A DNA stretch of 64,000 bases from contig NC_043004.1 of the NCBI RefSeq assembly GCF_006345805.1, positions 106,144,001 through 106,208,000 on the forward strand, read 5' to 3'. The notes under the pieces were generated by a model. The model was not told the DNA's origin. It did not search any database and was given only the letters and a program-made list of their open reading frames with translations. Positions 1 through 12,419 of the stretch are shown here, piece after piece (position 1 is the stretch's first letter; each line of letters starts with the position of its first letter). Source of the stretch: Octopus sinensis. Taxonomy: Eukaryota. Made by a program: the position numbers and the translations under genes.

Positions 1-319
1 CATTACTTGCTACACCCCCATGTTGCTGGGAGATGTGCAGCCTTGTGTGTTCTTTTTTGTTGTTGGGTATTATTATAATTATTATCATTATGATTAATGT
101 TGTTGTTATTTGGAGGGGGCTATTTATCAATGCCAGAAAAAAAAAAAATACCTGTGGCAGGACAGTATGTTGGGCTGCTCTGACTTAGGGAAGACTCAAC
201 TCCATGTAGACTTTAGAGATTAGCAACAACACCAAGAATGGACTTGTCTGTTCTTCAGAGATCTCTAGCAGGAAATAGCTAACACTCTTACTCATAGTTA
301 ACATTTCACTCCATGCTGT

Positions 320-322
<3 letters not shown>

Positions 323-357
<35 letters not shown>
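323..357. repeat. (TA)n microsatellite followed by degenerate TA/CA/TG low-complexity tract (to ~980)
   Basis: Direct dinucleotide run; explains the YIYI/HTHT ORFs at 185-1042. Confidence 0.95.
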
Positions 358-363
<6 letters not shown>

Positions 364-1687
364 ATGTGTTTGTATGTATATACACATACAAACACGTGCA
401 TAAGCATGTAACAGTGAGCATATGTATACGTGTAATGTATATTGATATATGTATACGACTGTGTGTAGGTGTTCATCTACACAGGAGAGACACGCATATA
501 AACACAAATGTATTTATGTATGTGTGTGTGTATACACATGCATTTCATCTTTTTTAACGTTGGTTCTCCTTATATTTTTTCCCCTTGTTCAAACAAAATT
601 GTTGCCAGATGCTCTTCTTTTCATATATTGCTCCATATATATATATATATGTATGTATATATGTATGTATATGGTGGGGTGAGTGCAGGTGGGTATTTCT
701 GTATATAGGCAACAATAAACCTACATACATTTAATCACTATTTTACATGGCTAACCAAATAGGTACTGCTCCAGATACTAATGATATGGATTCCATAGTC
801 TACTTAACATTGATCGCACACACACACACACATGTGTGTGCATATATATATATATACACACATACATATATAATTTTATATGTGTGTGTGGGAGGGCACA
901 TATAAATATATTCTGTATACATAAATATTTTTCATGGAAACATACCCATACAGTATATATATATATATATATATATAAAAGAATCTTTTGCATTGGTTTT
1001 TTTTATCTTATTACACAAAAAATTCTTATATACACATGCTGACATAGAACCAACGTTGAACCCTTTATTCGCAATATTACCGAATCTGGAACTTAACTAT
1101 GGTCTGTCTATAGCACTTATTCAGCATTCCCTGACACCTTTGGGTCTCAATGACACCATTATCTCTTATATGTATGTACAGAGTGAGAGGGGGTGGGGAG
1201 AAAGTTTTTGTGTCAGAGGTTAATTTTGGTGTATTAATGGAATTAGTGCGAGAGCATGTATGATTTGTGAGAGACTTGGCTGTTATATCTAGCAGATCAA
1301 GCAAGCTAGCAAGAGCTACAATATAGATGGTCCCCTGTTGGAATGCAGTCAGTATTTGCTGCTGCCATTCATGGAATGTCAGTCTTAGATATCATATGTT
1401 TATACTATATGACCTGAAATAAAACTTATTTCACTCTCAGACTAATCACTTTCTCTCTCTCTCTCTCTGTCTTCATTTGAAAACTTTTTTTTATTTTGCA
1501 ATATTCTCTTTTCCTGTTATGATGCTATTCATATTTAAGATTATATGAATATATATTTCTAAGATTATAGGAATATAAATCAATCATAATACTTAACTAA
1601 TATTCTATTTTCATCACCTTAGTTGGATTTGAACTCTGAATGTAAAGATCCATAAAGAAATACTGTAAAACACTTTGTCCAACCTGT

Positions 1688-1876
1688 TCCGTGCTGGTGG
1701 CACATAAAAAGCACCCACTACACTCAGAGTGGTTGGCATTAGGAAGGGCATCCAGCTGTAGAAACACTGCCAGATCAAACCGGAGCCTGGTGCAGCTTCC
1801 CGGCTTCCCAGACCCCAGTTGAACCGTCCAACCCATGCTAGCATGGAAAACGGACGTTAAACGATGATGATGATGA
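1688..1876 (+). mobile_element. SINE/RTE-type 3' module (tail B) ending in (GAT)n
   Basis: GTGGCAC-TAAAAAGCACCC...TTAGGAAGGGCATCCAGCTGTAGAAA...CCAACCCATGCTAGCATGGAAAACGGACGTTAAACGATGATG; many copies in the window. Confidence 0.85.
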
Positions 1877-1933
1877 TCCTTAGTTTTGCAATGTTTGTTA
1901 TTTTGTGTTTTAAAAGCAGGAGCCATTCTAGAC

Positions 1934-2177
1934 CAGTGGTTCTCAATGGTGGTTCATATGTCCCTTGGGGATCCATACAGGATTTTATTGTTAAAATTTA
2001 TGAACAATAAAATCAGTTATACTTCTACAATGCACAAAATATTTTAATTTTTCTTTGTACAATTCCTAATATTTAATTATAAAAATGTAATGGTTTTTTT
2101 TTGAAACATCAAATAGCTATGAGGGCTCCATCTGAGTAAAATAAGAATCAAAGTTAAAAAATGGTTGAGAATCATTG
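1934..2177. mobile_element. hAT (Charlie/MER5-like) MITE
   Basis: TIRs CAGTGGTTCTCAA / TTGAGAATCATTG; 8-bp TSD-like TTCTAGAC / TTCTTTAC; related copy in opposite orientation at 33943-34205. Confidence 0.8.
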
Positions 2178-2236
2178 TTCTTTACTATGGATGTTTGTGT
2201 GTGTGTGTGTGTGTTTTTAAGTGACATATTTTTATT

Positions 2237-2568
2237 GCCAGCCTCACCTGGCCCCCGTGCCAGTGGCACGTAAAAAGCACCATCCATTCGTGGCCGTTGC
2301 CAGCCTCGCCTGGCCCCCGTGCCGGTGGCACATAAAAAGCACCATCCGATCGTGGCCGTTTGCCAGACTCGTCTGGCACCTGTGCCGGTGGCACGTAAAA
2401 AGCACCCACTACACTCATGGAGTGGTTGGCGTTAGGAAGGGCATCCAGCCGTAGAAACATTGCCAGATCAAATTGGGCCTGGTGCAGCCTTCTGGCTTCC
2501 CAGACCCCAGTTGAACCGTCCAACCCATGCTAGCATGGAAAGCGGACGCTAAACGATGATGATGATGA
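2237..2568 (+). mobile_element. Tail-B SINE copy with three internal ~62-bp tandem units
   Basis: Units start near 2251, 2313 and 2376 (CCGTGCCRGTGGCACRTAAAAAGCACC), then the same tail as 1688-1876. Confidence 0.85.
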
Positions 2569-2903
2569 TTTGAGTGATATTACATTCATTAGATGACAAA
2601 ATTCTTGACAAAACTATTGGAGGAAATAGTTTGACTAGAATATCAGAGGAGATAATTTCATAAGGGTATAATGGGAGATGATTTCACATAGTTTAACATG
2701 ATTATAGACCAACATTGTTTTACAAAACTTTAATATTGGCAAGGTTTACAAGAGGATAGAAGAACATGGTTTTACAAGACTGTAGATAGGTGTGGTTTCA
2801 CAAAACTATAGGCAATTAGTTATTTTTAATGATTCTTTTAATACTTACTGCTGCAAATATGTTAACACAAACTTAACTGGATTTTCCATTGTTTTCTTTT
2901 CAG

Positions 2904-2942
2904 AAGAATGACTTTTTGACTCAAACAATTCTTCCGGAAGCG
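2904..2942 (+). CDS. Probable 39-nt internal coding micro-exon (KNDFLTQTILPEA) of the tensin-like gene
   Basis: Polypyrimidine tract TTGTTTTCTTTTCAG acceptor, GCG|GTAAGT donor, open frame, phase 0/0 compatible with exon 35105. No homology recognisable in the peptide itself. Confidence 0.6.
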
Positions 2943-4080
2943 GTAAGTACTTGTTTAACCACAGAATCACTTCACTCTTCATCTGAGTGGTAACAAAAAT
3001 CATTCAGAGAAGAGGAACTAGATTGATGATAAAATGTTGGTCTGTAACTAGTACCAGGACCTCTCCATGTTTGGAATTTCTTTAGTGGCATTGTTTAACT
3101 TTTCTATTACAATATTTCCATTGAAATACACTGCCTTTGATTCAATTAATTTTACAAATAAGGAAAAAATGGAGTAAAATGACCTTGTGATCCTTTATTT
3201 TCTTGGAAGGTTTTGGATCACTTCAAAATGGGAAGTTTGAATCACAAAATCAAAGGCAAATTCAGATTTGAATCACAAGAGCTAAACATGAAAGCGAATG
3301 AATGCTGGGAGATATTAATACACTGGGTGTTAAAGTTTCATCTGATGGAAATCTTACCAGCAAAGATGATTTATCAAACGGCATCTTTGCAAATTAAGTG
3401 AAGACACTCATAATTTGGTTTAGTAATCATAAACCAATATTTGAATATATATAAACATAAAAACTATTGATAATTTCACCTATTTTTTTATATTTATGTT
3501 ATGTATTTCATGTTAATCAAGAGATGAGTAGTAAGACCCAGAATCTTTTGAGACCCATGTTCTTTTGGAGCCCTTTCAGCATTTGTGAGATTGAAATGTG
3601 GTTGAGGAGGCAACCCGGTTTGGCTTGAACTCAGGCAGTAGAGTAACACTGCTAAAAGCATATATGGATCAAGTGTTAATGTTAATCTGGGCTGTTTTCT
3701 GTTTTCTGTAGAAAACAGAGTTCGAAGGGTCGTGGCCATGACCTTTCTTTGTACCACTGCATAAGACCTGGCAGTGGCATTGTCTAAAAAACCCTAATTG
3801 CTGGGCTGCTGCATTAGAAAACAGCACATTAAGTAATCCTTTGGTACAGATTGCATCAAGGTCCACTGGAAACTTGAGTCTGTGTTTATTTCTATTTGAT
3901 CTAGTCATTGGACCCTTAAGGTAAAGTACAAACCCAGTTGATGGGCTTGTATTACTCCCTTAATCAATGTACATGAATACAGTCTTGTTAGTCAGTTTGC
4001 CAGTATCGAAGAGAGAGATAATAAACTGTTGTCAAGGGCAGCAACCTGTAGGATACTACTACTACTACTACTACTACTAC

Positions 4081-4488
4081 TTCATTTAATGTTTACTTTG
4101 ACATGCTTGTGTGAGTCAGACAGAATTTGTTGAGACTGATTTTTTTATATCTGGATGCCTCTCCTGTCACCAACCTTCACCTGTTTCCAATCATGGGAAT
4201 ATTTTTCCATAGCTAGACATGTCTAGCTATGGCTTCCTGTTTTCCTTCATGGAAAACTGGAAATAAACCACCTCTCATATATGACGATGATGCTCATTTA
4301 AACCATCACATGATGTCTTGACAAGGACGCATACACACACGCACATGTATACAAGGAGCTTCTTTCAGTTTCCATTTACCACAGGGCTTTGGTTAACCTG
4401 GGCATATATTAAAAGGCACATGCCCAAGATGCTGTGTTGTGGGACTAAACCTTAAACTATGTAGTAGGGAAGCAAGCTTCACCGTACC
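4081..4488 (-). mobile_element. tRNA-head SINE family 1 with tail B variant, degraded
   Basis: Reverse complement matches the head at 38567 and the tail at 51780-51973. Confidence 0.75.
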
Positions 4489-4647
4489 TATACAGTCTGT
4501 AAAAGTTTGTAAATAATCTCTATTTGCAAAATCACCTTCCTTGCATGGATGATCTGGGATAAAGATTGAAAATCATAGAACCAAAGGACTATGACGATTG
4601 CAATGATGACATTTGACAGAGTACTTTGTTAGTCATTCTGTTGTTAT

Positions 4648-5097
4648 ATATTAATTTTAAATTTTGGCTCAAGACCAGCTGTTTTGAGGGAGGAGTTAAG
4701 CCACTTACATTGGTCCCCCAGTGCTTGACTGATACTTTATTGACCCCCAAAAGGATGAAAGACAAAGTCAATCTCGGCGGAATTTGAACACAGAGCACGA
4801 AGACAGGTGAAACGCCACTCTGCATTTTGCCCAGCACAGTAACAATTCTGCCAGCTCACTGCCTTCTGGTGTAATATATATTGGTTTCAAATGTTGACAC
4901 AAGGCTAACAATTTTGGGAGAAAGGGTAAGCTGATTACATCGACCCCAGTACTCAGCTGGTACTTAATTTATTGGCCACAAAAGTATGGAAAGCAAAGTC
5001 AACCTTAGTGGAATTTGAGCTCAGACTGTAAGGACAGATGAAATGCTGTTAAATATTTTGCCCAGCACAGTAATAATTCTGCCAGCTCGCTGCCTTC
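4648..5097 (-). mobile_element. Two adjacent copies of SINE family 2 (4648-4866, 4880-5097)
   Basis: Reverse complement GAAGGCAG-GAGCTGGCAGAA...GTTCAAATTCC...GACTTTGCCTTTCATCCTTT...AAGTACCAG; tRNA-like A/B boxes. Confidence 0.85.
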
Positions 5098-5805
5098 TGC
5101 TATGACACAATGATCACATCTACTACCAAAACTGAGGATAGAACTCACAGACATCAGATTGCTAAATGTTTCTGTTAGATGACTAAGTGCCACATGTTAA
5201 ATTAGTTGTACAGACCACACCCTCTCCTGCATTATCTTCAGCTCAAGATAATAATGGAATACGATGATGTTCCTAAATACTGCTGTTACTATATTTACGT
5301 CTTGTCAAGATAAACGCTGAAGAATGTTGTACAAAATTAGTTGTTTTTTAATACAGCATTGAAGTAGTTAAAACTTTAAATAGTTCAGTTGTTGTTTATC
5401 TCCAAGTCAGTTCTGTTTGAGCAAATCTGAAAAGGTGTTAGGTTTTGCAACTTTGACTGTCCTGATGGTTTTTGGGTATATTCAGGACTACTCTGTCTAA
5501 TGCACCTTTCCTTCTTTAAAGGCAGTAAGGCCTGATTTGAGAGAGATTGAAATTTAGCTACTATCTCTAGCAGGTCAAGTGACAAAATGAGTAGTAAGAA
5601 AAGTAGTTGGGATACTAATGCATAAATTGTCATCATCATCATCATCACCACCATGGTCTTTGATGCTAGTATGACTTATACTGATTTGCATGCTGCTGAT
5701 AGTTCAAATCCATGTCCGGTGTTACAACTTGTCTCTCTGTTAGGGCATTAGCCCTTTCTCCGTCCTGTATATTTCCCTGTTGTTTATGCATTATGTATGA
5801 TATGT

Positions 5806-6129
5806 GAAGGCACGTGGCTTAGTGGTTAGGGTATTCAGCTCATGATCATAAGGTCATGAGTTCAGTTCCTAGCAACGCATCGTGTCCTTGGGCAAGACAC
5901 TTTATTTCACATTGCTCCAGTCCACTCAGCTGGCAAAAATGAGTAGGACCTGTATTTCAAAGGACCAACCTTGTCACATTCTGTGTGATGCTGAATCTCC
6001 TGGAGAGCTACATTAAGAGTACATGTGTGTCTGTGGAGTGCTCAGCCACATGCACATTACTTTCACGAGCAAGCTGTTCCATTGATCAGACCAACTGAAA
6101 CTTTTGTCATTGTAAGTGATGGAGTGTCA
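5806..6129 (+). mobile_element. tRNA-derived CORE-like SINE family 3
   Basis: A box TGGCTTAGTGG, B-box-like GAGTTCAGTTCC, CORE-like GTGTCCTTGGGCAAGACACTT; relatives at 44720-44990 (-) and 53205-53388 (+). Confidence 0.8.
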
Positions 6130-6139
6130 GTTTATATGA

Positions 6140-6445
6140 GGTTTGTTCCTTCTCGAGCTATGCCTGGCTCATAAGGGCTGGTTTCCTGGTTTCCTTGGCG
6201 TGTAGGTTCTCCACCTGGATTGGACACCGGTCCATCGCAGGTGAGCTGCAAGATGCAGGAGGAAAGAGTGAGAGAAAATTGCGGTGAAAGAGTCAGCAGA
6301 AGTTTGCCATTACCTTTTGCTGGAACCACGTGGAGCTTAGGTGTTTCGCTCATAAACACGCACATTGCCTGGTTTGAGATTCGAACCCGTGATCCCTTGA
6401 CTGCGAGTCTTCTGCTCTAACCACTAGGCCATGTGCCTCCACATG
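6140..6445 (-). mobile_element. tRNA-derived SINE family 4, full length with TSD
   Basis: Minus strand GGAGGCACATGGCCTAGTGGTTAGAGC...GGTTCGAATCT (A and B boxes); 10-bp TSD GTTTATATGA at 6130-6139 and 6446-6455. Confidence 0.85.
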
Positions 6446-6979
6446 GTTTATATGATTCACATTCCAAATTTTTTTCAATCTCCAGACTTACGAAAGAAAA
6501 GCTTTATATTACTCAGAACTAAAAGTTTGAAAACAAGCATGATTGTTTCGGATAAATTTATGAAAATGTATTGGATGCATTTTTTTTTCCACCAGGGAAA
6601 GTTACTGGATATGGGCTACCATCATATCCAGAGAAATCCTTTTCTTTCATCTATTTATACACTAGAAATCACAATTAAGCTCTGATTCCTGTGAAGATGA
6701 AATGATTACCTGAACTGTAGAATTTTCTTCTATAGAGCTTTCTTCTGTAGAACTCCATTCTGTAGAATTCTATGTAGTACTTCCCTTTCTACTAATTTGA
6801 GTAAGGGGGAAAATATTTTGTAATATTTAGTTATATCAATTTGTGTTCTGTGTTCAAATCCGACAAGGATTAACTTTACCTTTCACCCTCAAGAAGTCTA
6901 TCAAATAATGCTAGATTGGTACTGAGATTGATGTAATCAGCTTAAACCATTCTCAGAATTTGCAGCCTAGTGTCTATAT

Positions 6980-7190
6980 GGGTTTCAAATTTTGGCACAG
7001 TACCAGTAATTCTGGGGCAGGAGGCAAATCAATTGCATCAACCCCAGTGCTCAACTGGTACTTATTTTATCAATCATGAAAGGATGAAAGGCAAAGTCAA
7101 CCTCAGTGGAAGTTGAATGTGAAGACGGACAAAATGCCACTAAACATTTTGTCCAGTGTGCTAATGATTCTGCCAGCTCACCGCCTTCAA
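6980..7190 (-). mobile_element. SINE family 2 copy inserted into an opposite-strand family 2 copy (6842-6979)
   Basis: 14-bp TSD CCTAGTGTCTATAT at 6966-6979 and 7191-7204. Confidence 0.85.
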
Positions 7191-7543
7191 CCTAGTGTCT
7201 ATATTGCTAATTAATATACTAACAGCAATAGTATCACAACTCTAACTCTTATTTCTAACAGAAGAAACAAAGAAAAAAATCTCCGCATGCAGCTAGTACA
7301 GTCCTCTTCAAAGTGATAGAATAAAGCAAAACGATTGATAATAGATGTAGTTCAAAGAGTTTTATAATTTTATCCTTATGTATCATATGGTCTTTTGAAC
7401 TGAATACTACTGGAGTTTATTGGTTTATGAAAAACGAAAGATAAAGTTGGAATTGAGCCCTTCTATGAATTAACCACAAAAGTGTTGAGCATAGAATAAG
7501 ATATTATACAGAACCTACGGTGTCTTTAATACATGTCATCTTT

Positions 7544-7922
7544 GCACAGGTGTGGCTGTGTGGTAAGAAACTTGCTTCCCAACCACATGGTTTCAGGTTC
7601 AGTCCCACTACATGGAACCTTGGGCAAGTGTCTTTGCTCTTGCCTCAAGCTGACCAAAGCATTGTGAGTGGATTTGATGGAGGGAAACTGAAAGAAAACC
7701 TGTCATATACATACCTGTGTGTGTCTGTGTTTGTGCTCCCACTGCTTGATGACCAGTGTTGTTGTGTCTACGTCCCCATGACATAGCTGTTCAGTGAGAG
7801 AGAGTGATAGACTGACAGCCTTAAAAAAAAAATACGTACTGGCATCGATTCATTTGACTAAAAATTCTTCAAGGCAGTGCCCCAGCATGGCCTCAATCTA
7901 ATGACTGAAAGAAAATAAAAGA
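7544..7922 (+). mobile_element. SINE family 1 with tail A
   Basis: GTGGCTGTGTGGTAAG...GGTTCAGTCCCACT...CCTTGGGCAAGTGTC...GGCAGTGCCCCAGCATGGCC...ATGACTGAAA. Confidence 0.85.
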
Positions 7923-9235
7923 TATATATTAAGAAAGCACAACTAAATTACTTGTAACATAAAACACACACACACACATGGTAAGTGCCTACATGTATGT
8001 CTATATACACACACTTACGCAATACGTCACAATACATCAAGACACTCAAACACTTATGATAGTAACGTATATTCTACTGAAATTCCCTATTAAAGACTTG
8101 CTTTCCTCACACGACTCTCAAGATGTTTCTATTTTAAAGTTCTCAACCAATCCTTTCTCAGCGTTTCTTTTTTCCTCTGTAAAGGAGGGGTTTTTCTTTT
8201 TTTTTTTTCCTACTCTGTTGAGGAAAGTACAGATTGACTGGAATTTCCAGGAAATGCGTAGACAGGCACTACTTGATGAATGTATAGTGGTTCTTAAAGC
8301 TACACCAGCTTATTTCTCTGTGTGAAGTCCACAGTTCACATCAGTTGTTATTTGTTAAGCTGGAATTGGAAAGATACATTGGACATGGTAAATGTTTTGT
8401 GTTTTAATTTTTTTCTCTCACATTTCTAAACTCACCGATAAGGTTTTCTCTTTGTCTCTCTCCCTCTCTCTTTCTCTCTTTCTCACTGTTTTAATTAATT
8501 ATTTCTATGTAGATAAGTTTCATTTTCAAAATACATTTTATAAATAATTTGAAGAACATCTTATTTTAATGTAATCCTAGAAATTCAATCATTTAATAAG
8601 GTAGTTTTCATATTCTTAATTTTCTTCTTATATTGTCTGTTTTGTTTGTTTATTTATTTAGTTATTTATAGAATGAGAGAGCTTCAATGCAGTCACTTCT
8701 CCGATTAGAAATAACAGCTGAATCTCTTTCAAATCACATCCCGTTTCTGCTACCCTTTTCTCCCCAAAATGGATGGAAAGATTGGATAATGTAGTTTTAG
8801 ATATTTTATATATAAAAAATGGTGGGACAGTCAAATTTGGAAATTTTTTGGTAATAAGAGCAGTAGCTCGATCAGGAATGACTTGAAGTAAATAACTTGA
8901 TATTCTCCACTCAAGAAAGTCACATTTATTCAGTGCAAACATTATTTTATTACTACTGACATGTCATCATTTCCCAATGACAAAGAACAACTCAACATAT
9001 AACTTCAAATAGAAAGGTTAAGGAGAGATGTAAATGTAACAACACACGTGTCTGACATGGTTGCTGCCATCTAGTGTCAACAACTTGACCGAGAAAACAA
9101 CCGTAATACGAAAAACCAAATAAATGTGATAAGTTGCAGATGTTGAGCATATGTATTTCAACAATACTGTACTTCCAGAATGGCTTAGGATGTTCGTGAC
9201 TGGCTTGTGTTATTAAATCACTGCCATAAAATAAT

Positions 9236-9455
9236 ACTGCTTTCAAGTTTTGGCACAAGGCCAGCAATTTCAGGAGGAGGGATATGTCGATTAAATCAAC
9301 TCCAGTGCTCAACTGGTACTTATTTTATTGACTCTGAAAAGATAAAAGGCAAAGTTAACCTTGGTGGAATTTGAACTCAGAATGTAAAGACAGACAAATG
9401 CTGCTAGGCATATTGCCCAGCGTGCTAATGATTCTGCCAGCCCACTGCCCGCCTT
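9236..9455 (-). mobile_element. SINE family 2
   Basis: Same consensus as 4880-5097; flanked by ACTGCCAT direct repeats. Confidence 0.85.
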
Positions 9456-9494
9456 ACTGCCATCACAAATTTACGAAAGTACTGCAAGGATTAA

Positions 9495-9715
9495 CCCTTT
9501 CGTTACCGTATTTATTCTGAGACGATCTGTGTTTCTTTCAGTTACTTTAAATATAACAAAGAATTTAGTAAAATAACTTAGTTATCATTCGGCTAATATT
9601 AGGAACATAAATTGTGATTAAGGTTTGGTGGAAGATTTTAATTCAGAACTTATGAAAACAAGACATTTGTACTACAGAGCCAGAGGCAGTTTCAGCCAGG
9701 TTGGTAACGAAAGGA
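9495..9715. mobile_element. piggyBac MITE (family P1)
   Basis: TTAA (9491-9494) + CCCTTTCGTTACC ... GGTAACGAAAGGA + TTAA (9716-9719). Confidence 0.9.
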
Positions 9716-10454
9716 TTAAAGGCTCTGTGTTATATAGATGATTTCTGTCTCAGCCTGGAATGGAAACTGACTTTCATGACTCCTGTCTACTCAGCTCAGC
9801 TTGGATTTCCAGGAGCTTCACTGTTGCTTTATGGTGGTGGCAGTGGTGGTGGATGGGAACCGAGAAAATCTAAAATTAATTATGAATATTTCTTTATAAT
9901 AATTAACTGATTTATGACTAATGAAACCGATTCTTTCTAAGATAACTGTTAAGCTGAATTGTCAAGAATAGAGTATTCAATGGGAAAGTTGAGTTACAGA
10001 TAATGTTTTTGTTTTCCTTTTGAATAGATAAGCCAAGGGTTGCATACTGATGTAAATTTTGTATGGAAGAGGAAGGGCAACACCATCTTCAGAATGGATG
10101 GAGTTATCCACAGACAAGAGACCCAACTTGGATAATTGCTACAGTGTGGACTCTACTAAAAGGTCCGGCCATGTGGTGGCATTAATCCAGGTGATTGATT
10201 AAGTCTGCCATTCTGAAAACAAAAACAGTCCCCTTTGTCTAGTTTCCTCTAACTTTGTCTTTCAAATTTCTGTCAAATGACTTTGGTTGACTGCTATTAG
10301 GCTATGGTAGAAGTTTGCCTAAGGAGCTGCTCAGTGAGATTGAACCTGAAACCATGTAGATGTTGGGAAAACTTCATAACCACACAACCATGCATGTATT
10401 TATTTTAAAAATGATTTAGAAAAATATATTTAATGCAATAATTTGTTAGTCATT

Positions 10455-10750
10455 GTTGTTATGGAGCCCCAGGTCATCTCTGATCCAGCAGACCTTTGAG
10501 CTTAGTGTATTTAGGATTAGATTATCCAATGTATCTTGGGTATGATTTGATGCAGAGTTTGCTTTTACAGTAAACCTTTGATAAAAGATTTTCAAGATAT
10601 AACATTCCCCCCACCTCTCTTTTGTTTTTTGTTATTAAGTTTTGTGTATCTATGATTACATTATTCAATATATCTTGAGTATGATTTAAAGCAAATTTTA
10701 CCTCTATATTTAGCAGGTTGTGTGACCACATAGAGGCTTCCTCTGTTGTT
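10455..10750 (+). repeat. Old dispersed repeat of unassigned class (other degraded copies near 5390-5590, 14395-14830, 22785-22950, 29585-29785, 57085-57265; reversed near 59080-59275, 61330-61640)
   Basis: Recurrent motifs TTGTTGTT..GCCCCAGGTCA..CTGATC..GCAGACC and TGTGATTTGAG..ATTT.GCT..TATTTCTAGCAGG..GTAGAGGCT. Confidence 0.6.
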
Positions 10751-11151
10751 CATAACCTGTGGTATGATTTAATGAAATAAAGTTTCAAGTTAGTTCAGTG
10801 TAATAACGTCCAGAGTCATGCACTTTGGATATCGAGATAACAATGTCTGACTTCTTGATATTATCTGAACTTCATTTATTATTCAGTATTACAGCAGATG
10901 TTGTTTTATCTTTATTGTGTGACATATTACCTTATTAATTAGGACATCTGGCCATGAAATATAGTTGTTATATAGGGCAGGTTGACCTGAAGTTCCCTTG
11001 CTAATTTTAATTAGAAATATATTGCAAAGCTTATTCGACTCCAGTTTTGGTATTTTTACTACTATCAGCAATTGGGCTGTGGATTGTACAATAAGTATGG
11101 CACCTCACAAAACATGTTGCTAGTGTTTACCTATGTTCTTTTGTAGATTAA

Positions 11152-11369
11152 CCCATTAGCATTCAGATTATTCTGTCAAATGTAATGCCCATTTATTAAC
11201 ATTGTTTCTTTTTATTTTAATTAATCATGCATTATCTTCTTGCTTTGAGACTTTGATGATGTGATTGTTTATTTTTAGAATGACATTGTTGAGTAGACGC
11301 GAGAGGCCAGATCAGATGAGTTTGAACACAAAACAGTTAGAATATGTAGCCAGTTTAAATGCTAAGGGG
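11152..11369 (+). mobile_element. piggyBac MITE (family P2)
   Basis: TTAA + CCCATTAGCATT ... AATGCTAAGGGG + TTAA. Confidence 0.9.
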
Positions 11370-12357
11370 TTAAGTTCAAGTTCTGTATGAATTAGCTTTA
11401 GGGATTGATGAAATGGAATAGCAGTCAAGCACAGGGTTGCTATATTTGACCAAACCATTTCCCAAGATCTGTGACTTTATACCTACTTTTATAAAAAGAA
11501 AAATCAATTTTATTATTTCTTCTGACGTTGTTGTGCCATATCAGATTGGGTCTTTAGTTTCACTTCTGCCCATATTCTTGTCAAATATATTGGTTTAATA
11601 CTTCCATTATTTGAATTTGTATAATTGCAACTGAAGATCACAGTATAAGGGTGAAAAGAAAGATATTTTCTTTTCTTTTTATGGAAGGTTAGGTGGATAT
11701 GACATGAAGAAGGCAACAGTGTTAATGTGAGTGAAGAGTGTCAACCAACAGACAGAGTTACCAACAGCAAAGAAAAATAATCAAGTTGATAATAGTTTAT
11801 CATTTCACCTCCATTGTTGTCATATTTACCCATCTGTCACTGAAATTCATCCTAGCTGAAAATCTTTCCTATTGTTCGGCTCTTTTTGTTTATCTTCTCC
11901 ATTTTCCTTCTAAGCATTAATTTTGCTTTGATTCTTTTTTTCTTTTTTTCTTGCTAAGTGTTTTCTTTTTCTCGTGTGCTCCACTTCTTTCTGATGTGTT
12001 TTCCTGAGAATTGGCATAAAATTGGCCTATCTTCTTATGTCCTTGGAACTGTAAGAAGCTGTTATTTTTTTATCAGAAGGATTCTTTCTCTTGTAACTTG
12101 CTGTTTTTTCCCCAGACAACATCCAAACAATTACACTTTTATTGTTTACTTTTTATTTTTGATTTGAAACTGCGCTGTCTGGGAATAGAAGACCAGTAAG
12201 AACTAGTTTTGGTAGAATCTTTGAGAAATCTTAGTGGGAGATGCATAAATCATGCTTGTGTTTTTTTTCATAATATATATATATATATATATTGGTGTGT
12301 GTATACACACTCATATGATGTGTACTATAGAATTAGCAATTTTCACACAGCACACAC

Positions 12358-12360
<3 letters not shown>

Positions 12361-12412
<52 letters not shown>
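12361..12412. repeat. (TG)n microsatellite
   Basis: Direct dinucleotide run; source of the CVCV/HTHT ORFs. Confidence 0.95.
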
Positions 12413-12413
<1 letters not shown>

Positions 12414-12419
12414 ACAGAT

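Noticed and set aside
6370-6443. tRNA gene on the minus strand
   Set aside because: Has A/B boxes but no proper acceptor stem; continues into a SINE body bounded by a 10-bp TSD. The same applies to the heads at 5806, 30868 and 38567.
7978-7986. ATG|GTAAGT donor as an exon end
   Set aside because: Directly follows a (CA)n run and a SINE tail, with no acceptor or promoter evidence; likely chance
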